From Antechinus flavipes (taxonomy: Eukaryota), in contig NC_067403.1 in NCBI RefSeq assembly GCF_016432865.1, forward strand, positions 203,670,001-203,734,000: DNA of 64,000 nt, given 5' to 3'. This document shows positions 11,280 through 24,976 of this stretch, piece after piece. How positions within the stretch are numbered: the first letter of the stretch is position 1; each line of letters starts with the position of its first letter. The notes below the pieces were generated by a model, which had not been told where the DNA came from, did not search any database, and was given only the letters and a program-made list of their open reading frames with translations. The position numbers and the translations under genes are program-made.

Positions 11280-12569
11280 TGTTTTATATTTTTCTTAATT
11301 TCATGTAAAAACATTTTGAAATTTAATTTAATTTTTGTTAAATTTTCAGTTCTACACCGACTTTCTCTTTCCCTTCTCACTTCACCTTAAAGAAGGCCAC
11401 CATTTGATGTGTGCATGTGTTTGTGTAAAACTATATTGTATATAAATCTATTTGATCAGTTCTTTCTCTAGAGGTAGATATCTCCTTTTATAAGAGTTTT
11501 GTAGTTGATTTGGATATTTATTATACTCAGAATTAGTTATTTATGCTTGCGCTTCAAATAATATCACCGTTATTATAAATAATGTTTTCTTTATTCTGCT
11601 CATTTCACTCATTGCTATGCATATATTTCCATATTTTTTCAATATTAATCAGCTCCTCATTTCTTATAATCCAGTATTATTCTATCATCATCACATACCA
11701 TAACTTGTTTATCAGCTCCCTAATTGATGGGCATCTCCTCAATTTCTAGTTCTTTGCTACTACAAAAATAGATATTAAAAATAGATTCTTTTCCTTTTTT
11801 ACCGATGACCTTGAAAACTAGACCTAATAGTGGTATTTCTGAGTCAAAGAGTACACCCGGTTTTAGAATTTAGGGGGCCAAATTCCAGATTGCTTCCCAG
11901 AATATTTGGGTCAGTTCACACTTCCACTAATATTGTATTCTGTCCAAATTTGTCCACATTACTTCCAATATTTGTGATTTTCCATTTTTATCATTTTAGG
12001 CACTCTAGCATGTATAAGATGGCATTTCAAGATTTTTTAAAATTTCATTTCTCCAGTAAGTAATGATTTAGAGAATCGTTTTCATATAACTATATAATTT
12101 TGATTTTTTCATTGAAAAATAGTTTGTTCATATCATTTTACCATTAAGGAATAATTAATATTCTTACATATTTGATAATGTTCTTTACATATTTGGAATA
12201 TGAGCAGATCATACATATAAAAATGTTTTTTTTTTTCGATTTTCTGACTCCCTTTTAATCTTGCTTATTTTGGTTTTATTTTAAAATACTTTTATTTCAA
12301 AGTAAATGAAATTATTCATTTTACATCTTACAATAATATATCTTGCTTATTCATCAATTTTTCTCCTATTCATAAGTCTAATAGACAAGTTCCATGTTCT
12401 CCTAATTTTCTTATAATATCTATCTTTATATTTAGGTCATGTAATCCCTTTTAATCTTACCTTGATAAATGGTGTCAAATATTTAATTAAACCTAATTTT
12501 TCTCAGGCTATTTTACACTTTTCCCAAAAATTTTGACAAAATAGCAAATTTTTTCCCAAAAGCTTAAAT
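11280..12569 (-). mobile_element. L1 3' fragment, cut by the duplication breakpoint
   Basis: Antisense L1 3'UTR/ORF2-end sequence (e.g. gatgggcatctcctcaatttctagttctttg). The longer counterpart is at about 21520-23210. Confidence 0.75.
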
Positions 12570-13759
12570 AAATCAACAAAAATTTTATAGACTTACTTTA
12601 TGCCAAGTTTTATGTTTTAAATTGGAATAAAAGGAAAGGTAAAAAACTTCCTTCCAGAAACTCACATTCTATTGTGAGAAATACCATGTAAATAACCAGA
12701 TGCATACAAATTATAGACAGAGTAGAGTAACAGTAATAAGAGAGGAAGGTAATTTTAACTAGAGAGGAAACACTTCTTGCAGAACATGGGACTTGAGCTG
12801 TCTCTTGAAAAAAAAAAAAAAAGCCTGGTAAACTAATTGACAGTGGTGGGAACACAAAGCATTTCAGGTGTATGTGATAATCAGTTCAAAGACAGGGAAG
12901 ATAAAGTGTCATGTATAGGGAAAGGCTAATTTTTCAGTGCAGTTAGTTTGTACATATTGTGCATAGATGGAAAGAACACATAGACTGGAAAGGAGAAAAG
13001 AGACCAGGTTATGGAGATTTTTATTTTTTTAAACTATTCTTTATTTATGTCTTATTTTAACATGACTTAATTTTTTCTAGAATCTTTACTTCCTCACTCC
13101 TCACAAAGCAGTATACCAAAAATAAGAATAAATTTCTTTAGGTATATTATGCCGCAAAGGTGATTCTTGATTTAAAAAAGTCTCCCAAACACCACTTTTT
13201 TTGGTACGAAAGTACTATCAACAAAAGGTAAAGCCAATTATTGAGGAATGGCTAAACATATTGTGGCACATGAACACAATAGAATGGTATATTAATATAG
13301 AAACATAGAAAATATTAATATAATCTGATACAGAGTGATAAGAGCACAGTTAAGAAATCAATACACAAATAGACTATACAAAGTAATGGAAAGAACAGCC
13401 TCCCCTCCCTAAATTAGGAGAAAATGAATGCTACAAGATTTTTAAAAACCATCATGGACCCAAAAAAGAATAATGAGAAGACATATCTCACTATGCATTT
13501 GCAGAGATAGAAGGTTCACATTTATGGAGCATTATATGTTTTTTCAGACTTTTCCTTAACATATAAATTCACAAATTTAATACAGTAAATAAAAATGTAC
13601 TTTTTCTAAGCCCCATTTATTTGTATCACTTCATCATAAGCATTATATTGGTAGACTATTAGATTTTTACACACAGGGATTATTTAATTTTTGTCACTGC
13701 ATCCCCCAAGCCCAACACGGTGCCTGAGACATAGTTTGCACTTAATAAATACCTGTATT

Positions 13760-16700
13760 GGTAGAGCAAAGGGATAGTGGTCAATTGAACTATCTCAACA
13801 TTTTAAACAACTTCAAAAATAATACCTCAAAGATAGTTGTTAACCAAAGAGAGGCATAACCAACAAATGGTCAAAGTGAGATATTTTCCAGATGAAGAAA
13901 ACTAAAAAATTCAGCAGGAGAAATCTGATACGCCATGATGGAGGCTAGTCTGGAACCCATCTTGCCACAGTGGCAACAGCAGCAGCTTCAAGAGCTCTCT
14001 GCCCAGAGACAGTAAAGAAAGCTGGACAACTGCTCATGTTTGGCATTAGTTAGAAACTATATTGCCCCTACACAATTCTGAGTTGTCCCAGGATGGAGAG
14101 AAGTCCATCTAATAGTTCACAAGAAAATAGGGGTCTTGGACACAGTTGTAAAACATTTGCAGGGCACCCAGGGACTCTTCCTGGAGTGGAAGTACAAACC
14201 AGGAGAGCAGTGACCACACTTTTCTCAGGATCGAATTACTTTAGAATCATCAAAAATATGTACTCTCAAAGCTTGCTCTGAAAACAACAGTACAAAAAAG
14301 CCTCCAGTTTTGGACAATGCCTCCCATTCCCCAGGTGAGCAAAAGATAACATTATCATATAATTCTAAGTAAAGGAATGAACTAGAAAAATAAGCAAACA
14401 ACAACAACAAAAGAATTTGATTGTAAAAGTCTACTGCAGTGGCAGGGAAAATGAAGGCATAAATTTAGGAGACAATGTGAAAACAGCTATAAAAAGTCTC
14501 AAGCAAAACTGCTAAATGTATTCAATTTCAAAAAGAATTCCTAGAAAGGTTAAATAAAGAAAAAAAGTTGTAGAGGAAAAATTGGGGGGGAGGGTAGAGT
14601 GACTCAAGGAAATTATGAAAAGATAATAACAGCTTGGTAAAAGAGGCACAAAAATACTGAAGAATATAACACCTTAAAAAATAAATTTGCCACATGGTAA
14701 GAGAGATTCAAACATCTTTTGAAGATAAGAACACCTTTAAAACTGGGCTTTGCCAAATAGAAAAAGAGATAAATATAAAACTTTACTGAAGAAACAAACT
14801 CCTGAAAAGGCAGGTTTTGTGTTTATAGCAGCTCTTTTGTAGTGGCAAAAAACTGGAAATTAAGTGAAAGCCCATCTGGGGGAAATGGATGAATAAATTA
14901 TGGCATATGAATATAATGAAATATTATTGTTCTATAATGATGAGCAGGATGATTTCAGAAAAGGCTGGAAAGACTTACATGAACTGGTGCTGAGTTAAGT
15001 GAGTAGAACCTGGAGAACATTATCACAGTAATAGCAAGATTATGTGATAGTCAACTGTGATGGACTTGATTCTTCTCAGAAATGCTGTGATTTAAGACAA
15101 TTCCAATAGACTTGGGAAGGAAAATGGCATCACTTTTTAGAGAGAGAACTATGGAGACTCAATGTGGATCAAAACTAAGCACTTTCACCTTTTTTGTTTT
15201 TTATTTCTTTTCTTTTTCTTTCTTGTGTTTTCTCCCTTTTGATCTGATTTTTCTTGCACAATGTGACAAATATAAGAATATGTTTAAAAGGATTTCACAT
15301 ATTTAATTTATATAAGATCTGTTGCTGTCTTGGGGAAAGGGAAGATAAATGAGGGAGGGAGAAAAATTTGGAACACAAAGTCTTACAAAAATGAATGTTG
15401 GAAATTATCTTTACATGAATTTGAAAAAAATAAAATACTATTGAGAAAAAAATTTAAAGAAATAAAAAGCAGATTTTGTCAAATGGGAAAATAGGTACAT
15501 AATTTAACTAAAGAAAATAATTCCTTAAAAATTAGAATTGGACAAATGGAAGCTGATGACTTCATGAGACATTGAGAAACAATGAAACAAAGTCAAAAGA
15601 ATGAAAAATAGAAGAAATGTGAAACATCTCATAGGAAAAACAGCTAACCTGGAAAATAGATCCAGGAGAGATAATTTAAGAATTATTGAACTACCTAAAA
15701 GCATGATTAAAAAAAAGAGCATAACCATTATTTTTCAAGAAATAATCAAGGAAAACTGCCTTCATATCTCAGATCTAGAGGGGAAAATATAAATGGAATG
15801 TAAACTATTTAACTTTATTGACTCCCTTATGATTTCTTTTTCATGTTTATCTTTTTATGTTTCTCTTAAGTTTTCTGTTTGAATGTCAAATTTTCTATTC
15901 AGCTCTGGTCTTTTCATTAGGAATGGTTGGTAGTCTTCTATTTCATTGAATACTCACTCCCCTTCCAAGCCCCAATTATTATTACTATTTTTCTGGGTAG
16001 AGTATTCTTGCTTGTAATCCTAGCTGTTTCATCTTCAAAAATATCATATTCCACACCCTCCACTCCTTTAAAACAGAAGCCACTAAATCTTGTGCAATCT
16101 TAACTGTGGTTCCACAACATTCAAATTGTTTATTTCTAGATGCTTGAAATATAGTCTCTTTGGTAGGAGCTTTGCAATAAGAGAAAAAAAGAGAAAAAGA
16201 GGAAGATGAAGAAAGAGGAATTAGGAGGAACAGTGGTTAGAAGCAAAATACAATTTTGAAGGGGAGAGAGGGAAACAGAGAGAGATAGAGAGAAAAGAAA
16301 GAGAACAAACAAAAGAAAATGAGATAAATGGAATTATACTGTGAATATAAATGAGATGAGCTCAGCCATCTGGATAGCAGAATGGATTAAAAACCAGAAC
16401 CCAATAATATTTATTTTTAAAACAGACCCATTAAAACAGAAAGATAACTGTTAAAATAAAGTCTAGAGCATAATTTATTATGCTGCAGCTGAAGTAAAAA
16501 AAAGGTAGAAATAGTAATAAGGATGACAAACAAAGCAAAAACAAAGATAGACTTAATTAAAATATTATTAGGGAAACTATATTTTACTTGAAAGGGTACC
16601 TAGAAATGTAAGATCAAAAACTTTTACATTAAGTTTCTTTAATAAAGGCCTTATTTCTCAAATATATACTGAGTACAGACAAGTCAAATTTATACTAAAA

Positions 16701-17574
16701 AAAAAAAAAAGAGCCATTCCTTGATTGACAAATGATCATAGAACATAAATAGGCAGTTTTCAGAAAAAGAAATCAAAACTATCTTTAGACATGTGAAAAA
16801 TACTCTAAGTCATTTTTGATTAGAGAAATACAAATGAAAACAACTATGAGATACCTCCTCACACCTATCAGAAATAATAAATATTGGAGGGGATGAAGGA
16901 AAGATAGGTGAATGAACAGCTTGTTGAATTCTGAAGAAGAATTTCAAACTATATTCACAGGGCTATAAAACTGTGCATATCCTTTGACTCATTTATACTA
17001 GTACTAATCTGTATTCAAAAGAGATGAAAGGAAAAGAATAAGGACCTAAATATACAAAACTATTTGTAGCAACTCTTTTCATGATACCAAAGAATTGGTA
17101 ATAAAAGGGATGTTCATCAATTAGGAATTGACTGAATAAGTTGTGGCATGTGATTGTGATGGAGTACTATTGTGCTTTGTGAAATAAGGAGGTAGCTTCA
17201 GAAAAATATGAGAAGAACTATATATACCGAAGCAAAGTGAAGTAAACACTGGCAGATTATTGCAATAATGTTGTAATGATGACTGACTGCCAAAAATGGG
17301 ACTATTCTGATCAGAACAATGATCTAAGACAATTTCAAAGGATTCATGGTGAAAAAGGAGAAAACTCATGAATCCTCAGTGTAAGCAAAAGTATACTTCT
17401 TTAACTTTTTCTTGCTCATTTTTGAAATATAGCTAATATGGAAATGTGTTTTGCATAACTGTTTAATTGATATCATATTGCTTGCCTTCTTAGTGGTTTT
17501 GAGAGAGTGGGATGGTCAAAGTGACTTTGAAGCTCAAAATTGCAAAAATAAAAAATGTTTCAAATAAATGATTA
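13760..17574 (+). mobile_element. Paralog of the HAL1-like element, at the OR-2 stop codon
   Basis: TSD aaatacctgtatt (13747-13759) / aaatacttatatt (17575-17587). ORF1 remnant LIGKTANLENRSRRDNLRII (15601-15792), nested L1 3' fragment at about 14826-15460, and an inverted ORF1 C-terminal piece at about 15815-16150. Confidence 0.8.
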
Positions 17575-17596
17575 AAATACTTATATTCAGCTGAAT

Positions 17597-18535
17597 TCAT
17601 GAAAAAAGATGTTTCCTACTCATCAGTTTCCTTAGGGCTCCTTTTACTTCATTGTTCCTTAGACTGTAGATCAAGGGGTTTAACATGGGGATCATTACAC
17701 TGTAGAAAACAGAAATCACTTTATTCTCATCTGCTGAATAGCTAGACTTAGGCATCACATAAATTAAAATAAGGGTTCCATAGAACAGAGTGACAGCCGT
17801 GAGATGGGAGGTACAAGTTGAGAAAGCTTTGGATCTCCCCTCAGTAGAGTTTATCTTCAAGACAGAAAAGAGGATGTACACATAAGAAATCATGATAATG
17901 AACACTGTGATCATAAGTACTAATGCAGCAGAAGCAGGAGGAAGAATTTCAGCAAGATTATCTTCAGAGTAGGAAAGTTTCAATAGTGGTGAATAATCAC
18001 AAAAAAAGTGATTGATCTTATTGGTTCCACAGAAGGACCGATTCAATAAGCAACCAGTAAAGATCCAAGCATTTACTGAACCACCCAGATAGGGTATGAT
18101 GAGCAACAAAGTACAGACCTTAGGAGTCATGTTGATGGAGTAGAGTAAGGGATTACAGATGGCCATATACTGATCATAAGCCATCACAGCCAGCAGGAAG
18201 CACTCAGCTGCCCCAAAGGTGGCTCCACAACACATTTGAGTCATACACCCTGGCAGAGAGATTAAGGTTATGTCCTCGAGGTAATTCATGAGCATGAGAG
18301 GTGTGACAGATGAGGAAATTACAATATCCACAAAAGCCAAGTGACTGAGGAAAAGATACATTGGAGTGTGAAGTTGGGAGCTAATTCTGATCAATATAAT
18401 TAAGGTAAGGTTACCAACTAATGTGACTGCATAGACACCCAGGAATATCACAAAGAAGATGACACGAAGGGTTGGATCATCTGTTAACCCCAAAAGAATG
18501 AATTCAGTCACAGCAGTGCAGTTATTGCCAGACAT
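17597..18535 (-). CDS. Olfactory receptor (OR5P-like), copy 2 (OR-2), 312 aa; DRY changed to DQY, possibly non-functional
   Basis: Intact ORF with about 26 aa differences from OR-1 over the first 308 residues (manual count). The TM3 motif reads MAYDQY (codon CAG at 18170-18172). Confidence 0.93.
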   Translation of the reverse strand: MSGNNCTAVTEFILLGLTDDPTLRVIFFVIFLGVYAVTLVGNLTLIILIRISSQLHTPMYLFLSHLAFVDIVISSSVTPLMLMNYLEDITLISLPGCMTQMCCGATFGAAECFLLAVMAYDQYMAICNPLLYSINMTPKVCTLLLIIPYLGGSVNAWIFTGCLLNRSFCGTNKINHFFCDYSPLLKLSYSEDNLAEILPPASAALVLMITVFIIMISYVYILFSVLKINSTEGRSKAFSTCTSHLTAVTLFYGTLILIYVMPKSSYSADENKVISVFYSVMIPMLNPLIYSLRNNEVKGALRKLMSRKHLFS

Positions 18536-19724
18536 CTGTCTTGGAAATTATTGCCTATTAGACAGAAGAGAAGGAGATTAAAATAAAATGCAGGACTAAG
18601 ATTTGACTATATTATTGATGCCTTCAGGAAACATTCACTGGCTACTTCCTATATGCCCATGATACAATCTTACTCCATTACTTTGCTCCTTTGTACCATG
18701 GCATGTTACAGAGATGAATAAATTTGTTGCCTCCAAATTCTTCTCTGTGGACTAACAATACTGTATTATTTTCTAATTTTGTCATCTTGACAGTGTGAAA
18801 AAAAAACATCTAAGAATGAAGAGAATAGCTGAATTCCAGCCACAGAAATTTTTTCTTAAAATATGCAGAGATTATATCCAAATATGTTGTTCTTCCAACT
18901 AGCAACCATTATAAATTCCTTCCAAAGAAATGGATTCTGCTTTGTGATCCCTGAGTTCTTGAAAGACTACCTTCCACAACTGAAGATGTTATCCACTTCA
19001 TGCTAAAGCACAACACCCTTTGTACTTTAAAATCACAAACGAGGAAGAATAGAGAAATCTGAATTCTGTGTTATTTTATTTTGCTCTTAGACTTTGCATT
19101 ACTAAAAAGGGCTACCATTATTTTGGATATTGTTAGCCTGAAGGACTATGGGAAGTTTCCCATGTTGCTAGGCATAAAAGGGTAAAGCATTTGTTCATCC
19201 TCTTATGATCACATCTCATTTACTTTTTGAGGAAGATATTATTGCCTCATTGTATAGCTGAGTTAACTGAGGATTACAGATGGACTGTCAATTACCCACA
19301 ATCACAATCATAGCTAGTAAGACTCGGATCTGAGAATCAAAGTGAACTTTCCTGACTCCAAGTCTAATTCACTTTCATTATTATCAAGCAATAAATTTAT
19401 CAGTGAAATTCCCTGCCAAAGCATCTAGTTGAGAAACACATGTGTGAGTGCATGTGCACATGTGTGTGTATAAGTATGACATGAAATAAATGCATCTGTG
19501 TATACACAGAGATCTTTATCCAAGGTGTTCTTACCTAATTATATTCCATCAGGTACTTACTGTGGCAGGGATACATGATCTGTAATAGATCAGAATTTAC
19601 TTATGTAATGTAATAACACTCCATGCATGTAGCACCCTTCCAAATATTTGACTTTTTATGGCAGTATATAAGGAAGCATAAATATGAAGGCTCTAATCAG
19701 GAATGAAAAACAGAGAAGGAGGGA

Positions 19725-19727
<3 letters not shown>

Positions 19728-19764
<37 letters not shown>
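19728..19764. repeat. (GA)n microsatellite
   Basis: gagagaga run. Confidence 0.9.
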
Positions 19765-19768
<4 letters not shown>

Positions 19769-19820
19769 ATAAGGTGCTGTGTAAAAATGAAATCAGTGTA
19801 AAGTGTGACATAGGAAGAAG

Positions 19821-19945
19821 AGGGGTAGCTAGATTGCAGAGTGGATAGAGCACCAGTCTTGGATTCAGAAGAGGAACTGAGTTCAAATCTGGCCTTAAAC
19901 ACTTAACACATCCCTGGGCAAGTAATTTGCCTTCCCCCAAAAAGA
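19821..19945 (+). mobile_element. CORE-SINE (paralog of 9183-9312)
   Basis: gggtagctagattgcagagtggatagagcacc...gagttcaaatctggccttaaacacttaac. Confidence 0.75.
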
Positions 19946-21519
19946 AGATTTCCATGATATAGCAAGAGAAACAGACAACTCTCCATGAAATGAATTGTGA
20001 ATGAAAATAAATGAAATTCAAAATGAAAAAATTCATCCATGTATTTTTATAACAAAATCAACAATAACAGTGATACCTATTGATGCAAGATGATGATAAT
20101 GTTGCACTCCAAGGAATTATCTTTATAAGGCAGCACTATATTTATGTTGGATTTTGTAGCTTTTGGGATGTAACCTCTTGAGCACTTCAATAGCAAATGT
20201 AATTAACATTTCATATTAAAATGTAAAATCCACTGGGATAGGGAAAATTACCAATACAGAAATAAATTGTCTAAGAAGTTTTCTAAATTCTCAGGGGTCT
20301 TCATTTATTTTTCTTTATTTATGTTCATTCAGCATTTTAAAAAGTGAAAAACAAATTGGATAGCAACAGAGCCAAATTTGTACGATCTGCCATAGATGTT
20401 ATCAACAATTCTTTGGGGATCAACATGTGGCAATTGTAATTGTGACAATGTTGAATGGGTTTGAAAATTGGTCCTCATCACTTTGCCAGATTCATTTTGG
20501 CCAGGCTTTAATCCACACTGATTAAAAACAATTTATCAAACTAGTAAAAACTGCACATTCTAGAATAGAGGTAGTATTCACAGTGAGGGCAATTATCCAT
20601 TTGTAAAAGTAATGTTGATGATCTTTTCAAGGCTGCTGATAACATTTCCCTGGAATATAAGAGCACTTATGACATATGACAAGGAGATTTTTCCAAAGGA
20701 CAGTTGACATATGTTGAGTCAATTGAGGGTCAGAAGATAAGAATCATAGACTCCCTAGTCATGAAAAGGAACATGAGGTTGTATAGCATGATAAGATGAC
20801 TCAGTCTTGACCCTTCTGTTTTTGAAACAGAGAAACTTGAAAGGACTCCTTACAAAGATCTGTAGGTTTATTAGCCTATCATGTCACAAAACATGGTACA
20901 ACAAATAATTATTATATTTATAATTGTATTTTTGTATTTTGCTTTTAGTATTTTAAATAGAATTTCACTTGAATGACTTTTGTGGAGAAAGTGTCAAATC
21001 ATGGAGGGAAAAGTTGGAGTATCCAATGGGTAGAGCCCATTCTTGAGCCAGGCAAATTATGACATATAAAGTATACAAACCTAGTGACAGGAAACCAGGA
21101 AGACACCTGGGTAATGTAAAGGTTGGGAAAGTCTAGGAAATAGGAATACAATCTGTACATTTTTAAAGAAAGTAAGGTAAATTCTCAGGAATATATCTTT
21201 TTAGAATCTTTTACATGTTTTCATCTGAGTGATGTAATGCATCTAAAATTTAGATGACTACTTTGTGACTTGCTTAGATACACTATTCAAAGGGCCTATT
21301 CCAGGGTTATATGAAACTATTCTTTAAACTGAGCAATGATATCATGGGTCTTTGAACGCTTTCTTTTCTTACTCTTGAACCTGATTTGTCAACATATTTT
21401 CCACTCTTTTCACCTATGCTCACTTTTACAACAAAATAGAACATCTTTAAATTAGATGGCCTTCCAAGTTATTTGTAAAATTTCTCTATGCCTCATTATT
21501 TGTAAAAGATACATTTATG

Positions 21520-23210
21520 TTTTATTTTAATTTTTCTTAATTTCATGTAAAAACTTTTCAAATTTAATTTAATTTTTATGTTAAATTTTAAGTTCTAAAC
21601 TGTCTTTCTCCTTCCCCCTTACCCTAGAGAAGGCCATCATTTGATGTGTGCATGTGTTTGTGTAAAATTATATTGTGTATATATCTATTTAAAAAGTTCT
21701 TTCTCTAAAGATGGATATCATCTTCTTTTATAAGACCTTTGTAGTTGATTTGGGTATTTATAATACTCAGAATTAGTCCATGCTTGCTCTTCAAATAATA
21801 TCGCTGTTATCATATATGTTTTCTTAATTCTGCTCATTTCACTCAATATTTTACATACATCTTTCCATGTTTTTCCAATATTAATCAGCTCCTCATTTCT
21901 TATAATACAGTAATATTCTATCATCATCACATACTACAACTTGTTTATCAGTTCCCTAATTGATGGGCATCTCCTCAATTTCTAGTTCTTTGTCACTATA
22001 AAGAAAAATACTATAAATATTTTAGAACACATAGATTCTTTTCTTTTTTTCCTGATTATCTTGAGAACAAGACTTAATAGTGGTATTTCTGAGTTAAAGA
22101 GTACACATAGTTTTATAATTTGGGGGGGTCTAATTCCAGATTGTTTCAAAATATTTGTGTCAGTTCATTGTTCCACTAACATTTATTGTATTCTGTCCAA
22201 ATTTGTCCACATTAGTTCTGGTATTTGTAATTTTCCACTTTTATCATTTCAGGTAATCTGGCATGCATAAGATGGCATCTCAAGATTTTTTAAAATTGCA
22301 TTTCTCCAGTGAGTAATGATTTAGAGAATTGTTTTCATGTAACCATTGGTTTTTTCATTGATAAATAGCTTATTCGTGTCATTTTACCATTTATCAATTT
22401 GGAAATAATTCATATTCTTATATCTTTGATAAAGTTCTTTATATTTTTGGAGTATAAGACTTTTATCTGTCTACAAAAATGTTTTCTCAGTTTTCTGATT
22501 TTCTTTTAATCTTGCCTACTTTGGTTTGTTTGTTTTTTAACTTTTAAATTTGAAGTAAATGAAATTATCCATTTTATATCTCACAATACTATCTCTTCCT
22601 TATTCATTAATTTTTCTTCTATTCACAAGTGTAATAGATAATAAGCTCCATGGTCTCCTAATTTTCTTATAGTATCTATCTTTATATTTAGGTCATGTAT
22701 CCTTTTTAATTTTACCTTGGTAAATTGTGTCACATATTGAATTATATCTAATTTTTGTCAGACTGCTTTACAATTTTCCCAATCATTTGGACCAAATAGC
22801 AAATTCCTTTCCCCACAGCTTAAATCTTTACATTTTCAATCACAAAGTTACTATAATTATTTGTTTCTGTTATTGTATGTGTCCTCTATTCCATTCACTC
22901 ACTTTTCTATTTCTCAACCAGGACCAGAAAGTTTTGATAATTACTGACATAATATAATTTAACAACTCATCCTGTTAAACCATATTCATTTGTATTTTTA
23001 TTAATTTCTTTGCTATTCTTGGCCTTCTGTTATTCAAATAAATTTTGTTATTTTTTCTAGTTAACATTTTTTATAATTTATTGAGATGGCATTTAATATG
23101 TAAATTAGTTAAGTTAAAATTGTCTTATTATATTCCTCTGCCCATGAACAATTAATATTTCTCTTAATATTTAAATCTGACTATATTTGTATAAATGTTT
23201 TATGTTCAAA
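21520..23210 (-). mobile_element. L1 3' fragment
   Basis: Antisense L1 3'UTR and ORF2 C-terminal sequence; continues beyond the point where copy A is truncated. Confidence 0.7.
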
Positions 23211-24037
23211 AACAAATATTTCTAACATTAAAAAAAATTTAAGCTCCATATTTTCCCCTTCCTTCTTACCCTCTCCCTTCAGTGAAAAAGCAATCAATCC
23301 AATATAGATTATACATAAAAATATTTTATGGAAATATTATCCATGTTGCAAAAGAAAATGTAAATACCCAAAAATCAAGAATAATAAAGAAAAGGAAAAT
23401 GTTTAATATCAAAACAGAAAACATTTACATAATCTGATACAGAATGATGATAGCAGAGCCAAGAAAGCAATACATAAAATGACTACACCATGATAATGGA
23501 AAGAACAATCCTCATAAATGAATAGAAAATGAATGTTACAAGATTTTTCAAACCAATCACTGGACCAAAGAAGAATAATGAGAAGACATCTCTCCCTATT
23601 CCTTTGCAGAGTTTGGAGGTCTATGTTTGTGTAACATTACCTATATTTTCAGACCTTTGAAATCAACATTTATTTTTAATAGTATCTTATTTTTCAAAAC
23701 TCCTGCAAAGATAGTTTTAACATTGGCCTTTGGAAAACCTGATGTTTTCAATTTTTCTCCATCTCTCCTTCTTCCCCCTCCCCAAGACAGCAAGAACTCC
23801 CATATAGGTTAAACGTGCACTTTTCCTAAACATTTAAATTCACAAATTTAATGTAGTAAACGAAAACACACTTTTTCTAAAGCCCATTTATTTGTATTAT
23901 TTGATCATTACCATTATATCACTAGACTATTAGATTTTTACAGGCTAAGACTCATTTTTGTCACTGGATCCCTTTAACCTGGATAGTGCCTGGGACACTT
24001 TACATGCTTTACAAACACTTGTTCTTTTGTGTTGAAT

Positions 24038-24976
24038 TCATGAAAAAATAAGTTTCCTACTCATTAGTTTTTTCAGGGCCCCTTTTATTTCATTGTTCCT
24101 GAGACTATAGATCAGGGGGTTCAACATAGGGATGATTACAATGTAGAAAATAGAAACTACTTTGTTCTCGTCAGTTGTGTAGCTGGAGTTAGGCATTATA
24201 TAAATGAATGTGGCGGTTCCATAGAACAGAGTGACTGCTGTGAGGTGGGAGGTGCAAGTTGAGAAAGCTTTGGATCGCCCTTCACTGGAGCTTATCTTCA
24301 GGACAGAAAAGAGGACATAGACATAAGAGATTACAATAATTGACACTGTGATCACAACAACTAATCCAGAAGAAGCAGCAGGAAGAATTTCAGTGAAATT
24401 ACTTTGGGTGTAGGAAAGCTTCAGAAATGGGGAATAGTCACAGAAAAAATGATTGATCTTATTGGGTCCACAGAAGGACCGAATCAATAAGCAACCAACA
24501 GCGACTGAAGAATTTACACAACTTCCCAGATAAGATGTGATGAGTAAAAGAAGGCAAACCCTAGTAGACATGGTTGTGGAGTAGAGAAGAGGGCTACAAA
24601 TGGCCACATACCGATCATAGGCCATCACAGCCAGCAGGAAGCACTCAGCTGTCCCAAAGGTGGCTCCGCAACACATTTGGGCCACACACCCTTGAAAAGG
24701 GATTGTGATTTTGTCCACAAGGAAGTTCTTGAGCATAACAGGTGTGACAGAAGAGGAATAGGCAGTGTCTATAAAAGCCAAATGGCTGAGGAAAAGGTAC
24801 ATTGGAGTGTGAAGTTGGGAGCTATTTCTGATCAATATGATTATGCTAAGATTACTGACTAAGGTGACAGTATAGACACTGAAAAATATTACAAAAAGAA
24901 TGACACAAAAGGTTGAATCCTCTGTTAAGCCCAAAATAGTGAATTCAGTCACAGCAGTGCAGTTATTGCTAGACAT
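24038..24976 (-). CDS. Olfactory receptor (OR5P-like), copy 3 (OR-3), 312 aa
   Basis: Intact ORF with [29 protein letters not shown] and [12 protein letters not shown]. Confidence 0.96.
   Translation of the reverse strand: MSSNNCTAVTEFTILGLTEDSTFCVILFVIFFSVYTVTLVSNLSIIILIRNSSQLHTPMYLFLSHLAFIDTAYSSSVTPVMLKNFLVDKITIPFQGCVAQMCCGATFGTAECFLLAVMAYDRYVAICSPLLYSTTMSTRVCLLLLITSYLGSCVNSSVAVGCLLIRSFCGPNKINHFFCDYSPFLKLSYTQSNFTEILPAASSGLVVVITVSIIVISYVYVLFSVLKISSSEGRSKAFSTCTSHLTAVTLFYGTATFIYIMPNSSYTTDENKVVSIFYIVIIPMLNPLIYSLRNNEIKGALKKLMSRKLIFS

Larger units (their letters stand above)
935..12569. repeat. Segmental duplication, copy A (OR-1 cassette)
   Basis: Collinear high similarity with about 12570-22826 across L2, L1, OR, MIR, SINE and unique sequence. 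Confidence 0.9.
12570..22826. repeat. Segmental duplication, copy B (OR-2 cassette)
   Basis: Collinear with copy A. Lacks A's two LTRs and a 2.2-kb segment (A 6385-8603), and retains about 1.4 kb inside the L1-derived element that A lacks. Confidence 0.9.
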
